A stretch of DNA of 64,000 bases from Dendrobates tinctorius (taxonomy: Eukaryota): contig NW_027361676.1 of NCBI RefSeq assembly GCF_039654945.1, forward strand, positions 32,736,001 through 32,800,000, written 5' to 3'. Position 1 is the stretch's first letter. Every line of letters starts with the position of its first letter. The notes beneath the pieces are model-generated. The model was given only the letters and a program-made list of their open reading frames with translations. It searched no databases and was not told the DNA's origin. Shown in pieces: positions 50,101 through 61,658 of this stretch. The translations under genes were made by a program, and so were the position numbers.

Positions 50101-50994
50101 GGCTATGGGCCCACGTAGCGTTTTAAAACGCATAGTGAAAACCGGACTCCTTCCCAGAAATCGCGCGTTTTTTTTCCGCGCGATTTCACCGCGATTCTGC
50201 CGCGATTTTCTCAAGCACTTTCCAAGCGATTTGAAGCATCGCTTGGAAAGTGATTGACAGGTTGGTCACACTCGTCAAACATAGTGTTTGACAAGTGTGA
50301 GCAGCTTTTTACTATTGAGGTACCCTATGCGGCATCAAAAGTAAAAGATAGAATGTTAAAAATGATAAAAAAAATGTAAAAAAAAAAAAACGGGGTATAT
50401 TTACCTTCCGACATCCCGCGCCTCAGCGTTCCCAGTGATGCCTTGCGAGACCTGTGATGACGTTGGTCACGCGTTACTGTAGCGATCTCGCGAGACCGCT
50501 AGAGTCACGCGAGACTACATCACAGGACCTTGCCGCAAGGCATTACTGGGAACGCTGTGGCCCGGGATGGCAGCGCGGGACGTCGGAAGGTAAATATACC
50601 CCGATTTTTTATTCTTTTCTTTACAGGGGTATGGTAACCAGGGCCTGGAGGACAGTCTCCTCTCCTCCACACCGTGGGTACCAACCGCACATGAGACGCT
50701 TAACTTCCTGCATGGTGGGCATAGCCACATGCAGGAAGCGGTTCTCATGCATTCCTATGGGTGCGGAATCGCGGCAATTCTTTGCGATTCCGCATAAAAG
50801 AATGATCATGCTGCGATTTTTTCCGCGATGCGATTCCGCCGCGGAAAGAAGCGCAGCATTAGCACAGCATGTGCGGAATGCCATAGGAATGCATGGGGGG
50901 TCGTTCTGTACACGATTTTTAAACGTTTTCGCAGCGTTTTCGTGCCGAAAATCGCGGCAAAAACAATTAAAAATCGCATGGTGGGCACACAGCC
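50101..50994. mobile_element. Harbinger-type MITE, same family as 15020-15978
   Basis: GGCTATGGGCCCAC / GTGGGCACACAGCC; TGA/CGA flanks. Confidence 0.85.
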
Positions 50995-51160
50995 CGAGGG
51001 AATTTTTTTTGCATTTTTCTTGCTGGTAAACATGATAATACGACTCTGAGATCTAGCATACACATTACCACATTTTCCTTGGTCAATAGAATCGTAAATC
51101 TTACTGATTCCATCTTGAAATTCTTGTAGGATACTCATCTGTTTAGAATCTTTAGATTAA

Positions 51161-52072
51161 CTAGATGTGTATTTCCTGAAGGAAGTACAGATAGTGGTTT
51201 GAAATGGTGCCCGGGCTGCCCCTTTAAGAGAGACTTGCCTGCTGCCCCTGCAAGACTTTCAACTCAGGATCCGTTTTAACTGTGAGTGCCTCTCAGGGGC
51301 CACTTTGGGCTCAGCCTCCGATTCGGTGGCCGGGGCGGCTCAGCCTCCGATTCGGTGGCCGGGGCGGCTCAGCCTCCGACTCGGTGGCCGGGGCGGCTCA
51401 GCCTCCGACTCGGTGGCCGGGGCGGCTCAGCCTCCGACTCGGTGGCCGGGGCGGCTCAGCCTCCGACTCGGTGGCCGGGGCGGCTCAGCCTCCGACTCGG
51501 TGGCCGGGGCGGCTCAGCCTCCGACTCGGAGGCCGGGGCGGCTGATCCCTTTAAGAGCTAGTTTGGCTCACTGGGCTTCTTCTAAATCCACTTTGGCGCA
51601 CATTCTCTCTCAGGGGCATGTGTCATGTGATGAAGCTAGATTTGCATTAGTGCTGTGGGTTTCGCTTTAAGAGCTGATATTATGTGGCAGAAGCTCTGTC
51701 CTCGGGGCGTCATGTGACGTTCGTAGGCGTTGGCATAGTAACTGGGTGTGCCTGCGCATATCAATGAGCTCAACTGCCATTTCAATCGCCTCAGGGCACG
51801 TTTTGCCATTTCCCATTGAAAAGCATTGGAGACAGTGCATTCCAATGACGGGAAAAAACATTTTCAAACGCAAGTTGCGCAAAAACTACAAATCCGATCG
51901 ACACAAAAAATACTTAGCACACCTCTCGTGGACGCTGGCTTCGAAACGACACCTCAACGGAGTCTGTGCGTGTAGCGGTTCGGGCCGCATTAATTGCGGA
52001 AATCAACTTAATAATAAGAATAAGTTAGCAGCGTTCGGATTACAATATAGTGGTTTTTTCAAACCACTATAA
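51161..52072 (-). mobile_element. Non-autonomous Helentron/Helitron-type rolling-circle element
   Basis: 5' TTATAGTGGTTTGAAAAAACCACTATA hairpin/subTIR; 3' complementary subTIR TTTCAAACCACTAT, then a stem-loop and CTAG; T-flanked; no TSD. Confidence 0.75.
51308..51543. repeat. 29-bp GC-rich minisatellite, about 8 copies
   Basis: Unit GGCTCAGCCTCCGACTCGGTGGCCGGGGC. Confidence 0.97.
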
Positions 52073-54325
52073 TTATTGTGCAATAATAGTCTCTGGGTTT
52101 CTTTACTGAAAATAGGCTTGAATAGAATACCAGAAACCCTTCTGACTCTGGCACTAGTACTACTGTCCCTGAATACACTTATTATTTGGGGGGACTGAAT
52201 AGCTGTTAGGTGGAATCTTCCCTGAGGGATCTGCACAAACTATATTTTGTATCCTCTCGCTATGGTTTGAAGTATCCATGGGTTCTTGGATAATTCTGTC
52301 AAGGTTTTGAGACCCAGCAGCGACCCAGGGACCCTGCTCCACCGTGGCCGATAAGGTATATTCGCATTATTAGACGCACCCCCCCCCCCCCCCAATCTTC
52401 CCAAAAACATTTTGGGGAAAAAAGTGCGTTTTATAATCCGAAAATAGGGTAATTCCTAATTTCTCTTCTGGGGGTATTGTAATAAACTATTCCCTTTCCT
52501 CCTGTTCAGGGTTAGTGTAGCCTAATAATTCTTCCTCCTCTGAATTGGATTCTATCTCCGACCGTGGTCTTTTTCGCCTGGGAGCTATTTGGGAGACCAA
52601 CTCTGCAATGGAATTCTGAACCCCCTCTCTTATCTTCATGTCGGTCATAAAAGAGGAATGTTCCTCTTTAACCACATTGGTAGTACACTCTGGGCATAAC
52701 TGTTTCCCATAGGTGTCAGGCAGGCTAGTATTAGATATGGCAAGTCTTTTCCATTTCCTCTTAGGTGCAGATGGTGTCATAGATCTTTTAAGGATTTCTT
52801 TGTCCTATAAAGGAACAAAGGATCATACCATGTATTATACCACAGATGGCCAATGTAGCAGTGATAGAAAAAAAAAAAAAAAACTCCCAGATAACTCATT
52901 TGTACGAAGGTTTCAGCAGGGGTATCAACAGCCAGTGGCTTGTCCTTCCATGGCTGGCAGTCTAGATGTACTGGAACCTCAGTTCCCCTCTGAAAACACT
53001 TCAAATAGTATCTCAATTCTCTTCCATCTGAATTGTCAAAAGGAAGTTCCCCTTTAATTAGGATCTGGTGCTTTTTTTTTCCTAATTCCAGATGTGCATT
53101 ACACACTGAAACGCACGGAGGGTATTAGAGTCCCGAATGTCATCCCTTTGTAACCGGAAGTGCCTCTGCAATGTTCAGTCTTCAGCACGCACAGTAGCCG
53201 CAAGCAAGGATGGGCCAGTGTGAGCCTTGAGCCGCCGCTCCCCGAGGAAGTGGTTCACCCCAGTTCACCTCAGGAGCCATAGCTCGACAGGATAGGCTGG
53301 GAGACACCTTGATCAGCGGGGTGTTGATGCAAGGACCCCATCCAAATCCTCCTGCGCCCGGCATCAGGAGCTCCCACTTGACTGGAAGATGCAAGTACAC
53401 CTCTTCTACGTCCGTCCCCGATAAGGACAGGATACACACTGAGGGGTGGTGGAGGGAGGGGCCTTTTGACCTCGTGTGTTCCTGTCCCTACCAAGTATTT
53501 GAAGGACAACCTCCTAATGGTGATGTCAGGAGGGACGTCCTGGAAAATATCAATTCTGGAGGTTTTGGTTTTACTTGCATTACATTGTTTACTATATGAA
53601 TAATTTACATTTTAAACGATTTTATATTCAAAGCAATAAACTTTAAGGCTATTTTTAAAGGGCCTTTGAATCCCCATGTGTCACAATGTGGCAGCACAAA
53701 GCTAAAATCACGGTCTCCTATGAAGCCTAAACTTTGGCGGGGTTTCAAAGGATTCTTGTCCAAATTCATAAGCAGATGGTCATATGACAAGTTTGCAATT
53801 TGCATATTTCCAGTCAAATTCCGACAACTAGACACGTCTGACCGCGTTCAACACCCTTACATTGAGCGAGGTCAGGCTCATCTAGTCGGCACATGACTGC
53901 ATGTGTGCAAATCACATACTTACAGTCACGCACTTTCAGCTCCCTGTGCTGGCACAAGAGAATCTCCAGTGCGCAATGTGAGGAGTCACAAGTCTGCAGT
54001 TAAAGTGACTGCAGACTTGTAACTGCTGGCTACTGTTACAGGCAAATGCCAGCTGCATAACACAACCACCATCTGAAGAGAAGGCTCAGCTCCAGAGCTT
54101 GCTCCATAGCTCATGCTGTACATGGGAATCACACGATACTAAATGACAGATGCTGACTTGGATATGCTGCCTGTAACAAGAAACATTTGTAATGAACATA
54201 AGAGGCAGTACGGCAGGTTGAACAAACTACACGTGGTACAACGAGAATGACAAGAGTCAAATTAGAAAATAAACTTGATACTCTAAAAAATGTAAAACAA
54301 AAGACAAAGATTGGACATATCCTAC

Positions 54326-54765
54326 CTGTCTGATGAGGAGTCCTCTGAAGAACTCTCTCCATCCTCTATGTTAACATAATCCAGAGGACAATTATTTACA
54401 ACACCGGCATTTTGGTCACTTATTGTGTGATTTCTGAAATGTAGGCCTTCCAGCTGTTCGGCTACCTCCATATCTTCCTGTGGCTCCACGATACAAGGCA
54501 AAGATTGAATCAGTATGTTCTCTTCAGTGACTGCAACTGCTGTGGGCAAAACCTGTACTCTACCATCATCATGGGAATAACCTTCTTCTCTGGGTACAGC
54601 TTGAGGTTCTTCATGTATGATATCATTACACTCGGGCAGTGGCGTGTTGTCAGACGTACATCCCTCGGTTATAGAGGGCACTAAGTGTTCTCCTCTGGGA
54701 AGGTGATTGTTTGGCAATACATCTGTAGGTTCTGCAGGGTCAGATATTTCCTCCAATCTTTCCAT
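54326..54765 (-). CDS. naf1: naf1 first recognisable coding exon (acidic disordered N-terminus); exon probably starts at 54771
   Basis: Non-repetitive 147-aa ORF ending GESSSEDSSSD-AG|gtagga. The phase-2 join with T-GAC of exon 11528-11663 gives SSSDSDTDSDSSS. Acceptor ttccag|CATAATATG with an upstream TTAAC branch-like site. Confidence 0.82.
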
Positions 54766-55243
54766 ATTATGCTGGAATCCACAATGAAGAGCAGTTAATA
54801 CACAAATTACGAGGCAACAAGTAATTAACCTTTGAAATGTCGACAGATATCCAAGGTGTCTGAAGCATTTAAAAATGTAAGCTTTTTTTTATAAAATGTA
54901 AAAGAAATTTAAAAACTTGATATTTTAAGAAGTAAGGGGAGCAGCTGCTGACATTTGCCATGAAAATCTTGGGTGGTACTAGCTCACATTACGACTGCAG
55001 TAAATTTGGGCATGGCCTGCTATCATTCCATTGAAGCCATGGTTTCCCTTAACAAAACAAAAATAAACAACCATATCCCTCACCCATCCAATGTTCTTTC
55101 CTATGCCGTAATCCATTTCTGTGGATAAACTGTTTTCAACCTGGATGGTGCCAAGAATCGACCGTCCAGGCTGAGAACTACTGAGGAAAGAGCTGCTGCA
55201 AGCGCAGCGTCAATGACATCATAACAATGTTACCACGGGTAAC

Positions 55244-58200
55244 CAGGGTGGATAAAAATCAATGTTTTTTTTAAAAAAATCGGATTTTTTTTTATTTAAA
55301 TCGGATGATTTTTTTCAATAAACTGCTTTTTGAGGAAAATATTTTACCATCCAAAGGTTCTTCCATCATGAGATAAAGCTGAGTTGTTTAACTCAGTAGA
55401 ATTAAGGCTGTATATGTGTAACATTCACAATGCCATGCTCTTCCAGAGGTTTCTGTAGGATTAGTGGGCAGTTTCTCTCCTATATTATCACAGACGCTCG
55501 CTTTACTTACGCAGTTCTCAAAACTGAATTTGACTCCGCAGAGGTCCCAGCCTCTTCTTCACGGCAAAAATGTTACAACATGAACAGAGGTGAGAAAAAG
55601 ACCTTAATCCTATTGTTCTACAAACCTATGAATACAGAATCAACCCCTTTAGTGCCAAGTCCAAGAAGTTAGACAATATGTTTCTGATTGTTTGGAGTGG
55701 AATAGATCTGCACAACACAAGAAGAATGTGAATCTAAGTGTGAGGAGGAGGAAGGGCAAGCAGACAAGAAAATGAAAGTGAAACTTTGAGCACAATACTG
55801 CAGCATAGCCACAGACAGACAAGTCTGGATCTGTTTGTGTGTACGATCTGAGGTTTATTACATTCTTTCCTTATAATGGCAGCAGGCCGTAAAAGAGACC
55901 CAGTTTGGGAATATTTTAATGAAGCTCCTTCGCCTATCGGTAAGGCAGGCATGCGTGAAAAATGCAAACGATGCAACAAAGAGATGCAAGGCCTGGTGGC
56001 GCGAATGAGGCAACATCATGAGAAGTGCGGTGATGAAGATGACCAAAGAAACACTTCTGAACAGGCAGGATCTTCAGGTTGGTAAACATTTTTATTGAAT
56101 CCTATTTCTAAAGACTGAACTGTCATGTGTGAGAAAAATTATATTTCTTATTATTACTGCATGTTACTGTCATTTGGTACAGTTATGAAGAAAAACAAAT
56201 ATTCCTTTTGGGGCAGGGGCAGTGATGTGTTGTGTACAATAAGCAGAAATTGTATAAACAATAAAATAACAGCATTGACTTTTTTTGCTTAGGGGAATAC
56301 ATGGATTCTGGAAACTATCCACCTCCAAGATCACCATCATCCTGTTCTACAGTTTCAGAGTTATCCATCCAGGATAGTGCTTCATTAGCAGCAGCATCAT
56401 CATCAGACACCCACAGCCACATATCACCATCACCCAAAAGGAAGATAAAAACCTTTACCTCCTGGAACCACCATAGATAGGTTTGTGATAAGAACTAGCA
56501 GATTAGAAAAAGAGTTGATTGATGAAAAAATTGCCCAGTTTATTTATGCAACGAACTCTTCTTTCCGTCTGACTGAGAACCCACATTTCATTAATATGGT
56601 TCAGTCACTGAGACCAGGATACAGTCCACCCAGCAGAGCTGATGTTGCAGGGAAACTGCTGGATCAAGTGTATGACAGAGAAATGGAGCAATGTGCAACA
56701 GCTCTGGAGGGTAAAATTGTTAACCTAAGTATTGATGGGTGGAGTAAAGTCCACAATGATCCTATTGTATGTGCTTGTATAACAACAGAAGGTGGTAAAG
56801 TCTTCCTTGCACAAACAACTGATACGTCAGGAAATGCACACACAGCAGAATACTTACAAGAAGTGGCAGTAAAAGCTATAACGACATGTGAACAAAAATT
56901 CAAATGTCTAGTACGCATTTTGGTCACTGACAATGCTGCAAACGTATCCAAGATGAGAAGAGATTTAGAAGAGCAGGGAGGGAATACAAAGCTGCTAATA
57001 ACATATGGTTGCAGTGCTCATTTGCTGCACCTCTTAGCCAAAGACTTAAGTGTTCCAGAAATAAAGGCTAATGTTGTTGAAATTGCTAAATACTTCCGTA
57101 ATAATCATTTTGCTGCAGCAGCTCTGAAAAGGATGGGTGGAACCAAGCCAACGCTCCCACAAGATGTTAGATGGAACTCTGTGGTGGACTGTTTTGAGCA
57201 GTATATCAAAAACTGGCCTATTCTGATGACACTTTGTGAAGAAAATCGAGATAAAATAGATGGCACTGTCACGGCCAAAATCCTCAACATTGGGCTTAAG
57301 AGAAATGTTGAACATATGCTGAGCTTCCTGAAACCCATCTCTCAAGCTTTAAACAAAATACAGAAAAATAGCTGTTTTATTGCGGATGCTGTTGAAATTT
57401 GGAAGGAACTGAGTGAACACTTAAAAACAGAACTACACATGGACAGAATTAAATTACAAGCAGTAAACAAACGAATGGGACAAGCACTGACTCCAGCTCA
57501 TTTTTTGGCAAATATTGTCAATATCCAATATCAGGGTCAAAACCTAAGTGCTGAGGAAGAGGAGTTAGCTATGACATGGGTATCCAGCAATCATCCATCC
57601 ATCTTTAATGCCAACTATAATAAACTTCAGAGCTAAGGGGGAACCATTCAAGAAATATATGTTTGCTGAAGATATTTTAAGGAAGGTCACACCAGTAAAC
57701 TGGTGGAAGTCACTTAAGCGCTTGGATTTAGAGACTGTTCAAGTAATGATTTCACTTTTAACAGCAGTAGCTTCTTCTGCAGGCGTTGAAAGAATATTCT
57801 CTTCCTTTGGACTCATTCATTCTAAATTGAGAAATCGGTTGGGACCCAATAAAGCAGGAAAGCTTGTTTTTCTTTTCCAGATTATGAATAGGAACAAAGA
57901 AGAAGATGATGATGATGATGAAGATGACGACGACAAGTGAGCTACAGAGGACAGCAGGGACAGTAGTATTTAAGTTTTTCATGTGTCGGCTGGGCTGACA
58001 GTCTAAGTTTCTTAAAATATATATATATTTTGTTTAGCCAAATTAGTTAACAAACATGGATGTTTGTTTAAGCAAATAACTTATGCTGTAATGTTGTTAT
58101 TGTTTCAGTTGAATAAATCTATTTAAATTGTTATTAAGGTCAGGATTATTTTTCTCCTTCCTAAGTACAACAGAACAGTGGTGTCCAAATATGAATGATT

Positions 58201-58392
58201 AACCCATTAAACTGGGGAGAAAAAAGTAATATAAAAAGTGATTCTAAAAATCTTCATCTACTTGCATGTTAAAGTAGCAAGAACTAGTTTAGGTAGAAAC
58301 TTTGATTTAAATCACTGATTTAAATCAAGCCTTACTGACTAGTGATTTAAATCGTGATTTAAATCAGTTAGATTTAAATCAAATCCACCCTG
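55244..58392 (+). mobile_element. Full-length hAT transposon (3149 bp)
   Basis: TIR CAGGGTGGAT / ATCCACCCTG; perfect 8-bp TSD CGGGTAAC; subterminal GATTTAAATC palindromes; inserted within an older MITE. Confidence 0.96.
55876..57940 (+). pseudogene. Spliced hAT transposase (BED finger exon 55876-56077, exon 2 from 56293) with two frameshifts
   Basis: DPVWEYF..CKRC..HHEKC; CAG|gttggt...gcttag|G; IDGW, TDNAAN, CSAH, VRWNS, SSAGVERIFS; +1 nt at ~56446 and CATC duplication at ~57597. Confidence 0.9.
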
Positions 58393-58789
58393 CGGGTAAC
58401 TGAGCTTGCGTTCCCAGCCAGGCTGAACTGCCGTCACCTCAGCACCATGAGATAAAGTCAGTGAGTTGACCATGAGAAATTTCTCACGGTGAACTCGCTG
58501 ACTTTCTCACGGTGCTGAGGTCACTGCAGTTCAGCCTGTCTGGGAAGGCAGCGTTCGTAACCCACGGTAACCTTGATGAGGTCACTGCCACTCACTGATG
58601 CTGCACTTGCAGCAGCTCATTCCTCAGTGGTTCTAAGCCTGGACAGTTGCATCTTGGCACCGTCCAGGTTGAAAACTGTTTATCCCGAGACATGGATAAC
58701 GAAATGAAACAGAACGATGGACAGGTGAGGGATATGGTTGTTTTTTATTTTTGATTCATTACAGGAGACCATGGCTTCAGTGGAATGGG

Positions 58790-58986
58790 CTTTACGAGAG
58801 TATATGCGCTATACTCCCCTACTGTATCCTCACCCATCCCTGAAGACTGTGAGCCCTCGCGGGCAGGGTCCCCTCTCCTTATGTACTTGTGTGTCCTTTG
58901 TCTTACACATGTTTATTTTACTTGTCTATATTTCCCCTTTTCACATGGATTAAATGGCGCTATATAAATGCATAATAATAATAAAT
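58790..58986 (+). mobile_element. L2/SINE 3' tail fragment
   Basis: AGACTGTGAGCCCTCGCGGGCAGGG...GGCGCTATATAAAT..(AAT)n. Confidence 0.7.
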
Positions 58987-60010
58987 AGACTTGGGGTTCC
59001 CATCTATTCTTGATAACTAGTCTTGCTAAAGCTGACAGCTGAGGGGTGCAGCCCAAAGCTTAAGTTTTGCCTGGCTGGTTATCAACAATACAGGGGAACC
59101 CCACATCACTTATTTATAGCACAGGAAGCAGCTGATGAATACTCTCATCAGCCGCCACCTGCTCATGCTGTTGGCATTGATTGCAGCATGAGCAAGGGAG
59201 AATGTGGAGAGTTGTCTTCAGCACCTGGCGCAAGGGAACAGCGCTAATAGTACCGCAGACTCCCAGGCACCGGGGTACGTGTCACATTGATGTTATCCAT
59301 GTGTCATCAGTGTGCACGTGTGAGGGATATTTTGCAGCCTGTGCTGCTGTTAAAAAAATGGACATTTCTGCATGTTTTGCCCACGAACATACGGACCATG
59401 GAAACACACCGACGTGCACTGACTCATTCACTTGAATGGGTCAACGTGTGTAAGTGTCTCCGGTGAATGTTAAACCCTTCATCACACGTACTGAACACAC
59501 CGACTTCTGAAAGCACCCTTAAATAGGTGTCTGTCAGCCCAAAATAAACCTCTTATTCATAGTGGGGACTTGGCGAATTCAAAAATCAAACCCGTAGTAC
59601 AGACTTCACTCATGTTATTTTACTTAAACATTTTTACTGGCTAACTAAATGAGTGCACTATTCTATCCCCACTCGATTACAATCCTCTGCACTTCCTTAC
59701 ATGTTTGATCGCATTCGTTTTGGAGAACATATTGACAATTCAGCAGCTGAGCACTCACACGGTGTCAGAGCGTGCGTGCCTTCATCCCCTTCCCCTGTCT
59801 GCACAGGCCCACACAGACAGACAGGTGAGATGGATGACAGTATGCCCACACTAACACAAGTGCGCGCTCTTGCATGGCTAGGGATTCAATTCAAACAGCG
59901 CTCCAAAGCCTGTGCTGCCAATCATAGAGGAAGGTGCAAAGGATGTCAACTGAGGGGGCGCAATGGAGCGCTGAGCCCTGGGGGCATCAAGGTGCCCTCA
60001 TTTACTCATC

Positions 60011-60567
60011 CATAGAATCATAGAATGGTAGAGTTGGAAGGGACCTCCTGGGCCATCTGGTCCAACCCCCTGCTCCAAGCAGGATTCACTAAATCATCCC
60101 AGTCAGATGTCTGTCCAGCCTCTGTTTGAAGACTTCCATTGAAAGAACTCACCACTTCTCGTGGCAGCCTGTTCCACTCATTGATCACTCTAACTGTCAA
60201 AAAGTTTTTTCTAATATCTAATCTGTGTCTCCTCCCATTTCCTTGTGCAAATGAGAATAAAGTTGATCCTTCTAAAATGTGACAGCCCTTGAGATATTTG
60301 TAGACAGCTATTAAGTCTCCTCTCAGTCTTCTCTTCTGCAAGCTAAACATTCCCAAATCATGCAACCTTTCCTCATAAGACAGGGTTTGCAGACGAGCGA
60401 CCAGAATGGTGACCGTTCAACAAACTGGAGCAAGTTCAGAGATGTCTTTTTTAAAATGTGGTGCCCAAAACTGGACACAGTATTCCAGATGAGGTCTGAC
60501 CAAAGAGAAGTAGAGGGCAATAATGACTTCACGTGATCTGACTGTATGCTTCTGTTAATACATCCCC
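60011..60567 (-). mobile_element. CR1 LINE 3' fragment
   Basis: [34 protein letters not shown]; (ATTCTATG)n tail. Confidence 0.9.
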
Positions 60568-60686
60568 ATCCAATAAAACTGTTTCTTATGGAACACAGAA
60601 TTGGTGAAATCTAAATTACAGGTATGATTTTTATAGAGGCCAAGTGCCCTACATGAAATTTGGGGTTTTGGGCTATTACCAACTAA

Positions 60687-61103
60687 GGCTGGTTTCACAT
60701 TAGCGTTTTTGTGCGCAGCACATCGTGTGCATGCGTCCCTATGCTTAACATGGCGTATGCATGGTCTTGCGCTTGCATGCGTTCATCTGCATTTTCGTGC
60801 GCATGTTTTTTCCAGGTGTGCGTCTAGATGCGCCGGACGCAACATGTTGCATTTTTGGGTCCGCCCAAAGGCGTAAAAAAAAAACGCATGCGTACGCTTG
60901 CGCACGGAATACGTCAAAACAACACATTGCAGTCTATTGGAACGCAGGTGTGCACATGCGTACGCATGTGTTTTAAGAGTAAACATGTCTAGAAACTGGA
61001 TAAAACGCATGCGCATAAAAAACGCAAACGCATGCAAAAACGCGCATGTGTTTCTACTTGCGCATGATGCGCTGCGCACAAAGACGCAAATGTGAAGCTA
61101 GCC
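60687..61103. mobile_element. Harbinger-type MITE, same TIR as 44760-45257
   Basis: GGCTGGTTTCACATTAGCG / CGCAAATGTGAAGCTAGCC; TAA/TTA flanks. Confidence 0.85.
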
Positions 61104-61658
61104 TTACTTACAATTCAGACATGTCATAAAGGCGCGCTAAGTGCAGGACCCACATCGGGGACCTATTCTCAAAAGATTCCTCCTCACGTATGTGAAGGAA
61201 GACAACAGTGGCCATCAATACATGTGCGTCTTGCAGATCCAAAAACAGGAGCAAGTGGGCAAGCTGGCACCCCCATCCGTCAGACATTTATAGCGCAGCC
61301 TATGTAGGAGGTCCAGACAGGAAAGCCCCCCAACCTTCTCCGAGCGACTAATTTCCCCCGTGCTGTTACTGGGTGTAGGTTGTCACATTGCCATCTCGAT
61401 TCTGTAGAGGTGAGTGCATGTCATATTAGAGCGTTGGCGTCTCCCCTACTGCAGCCAAACAGAAGGAGCAGCTGAGTGGCATCACCGTGTGCACAGCCCC
61501 AGGAGGGCTCTAGAGCCGCTACTAATACCGCACAGCTGTAAGGAGCATGCACTTCTATCACAGCAGGGGTCACATTATAGGGACTATGTCCCATTACCGG
61601 GGAGTCCTGAGGCGCAGGAAGACATAGTAGCAATATGTGCAGTGCACTACACTGGGTG

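Larger units (their letters stand above)
49930..53547 (-). mobile_element. Second, heavily decayed DIRS element (5' end, gag and methylase-like fragments)
   Basis: Minus strand LAYAFPPLPLIPAVLRKI at ~50010-50070; gag-like LPDTYGKQLCPEC; TTTTCCAGG terminus at 53547 similar to the DIRS end at ~16416. Confidence 0.65.

Noticed and set aside
55876-57940. Domesticated ZBED host gene
   Set aside because: Retains TIRs and a perfect TSD and carries frameshifts, so it is an ordinary transposon copy.
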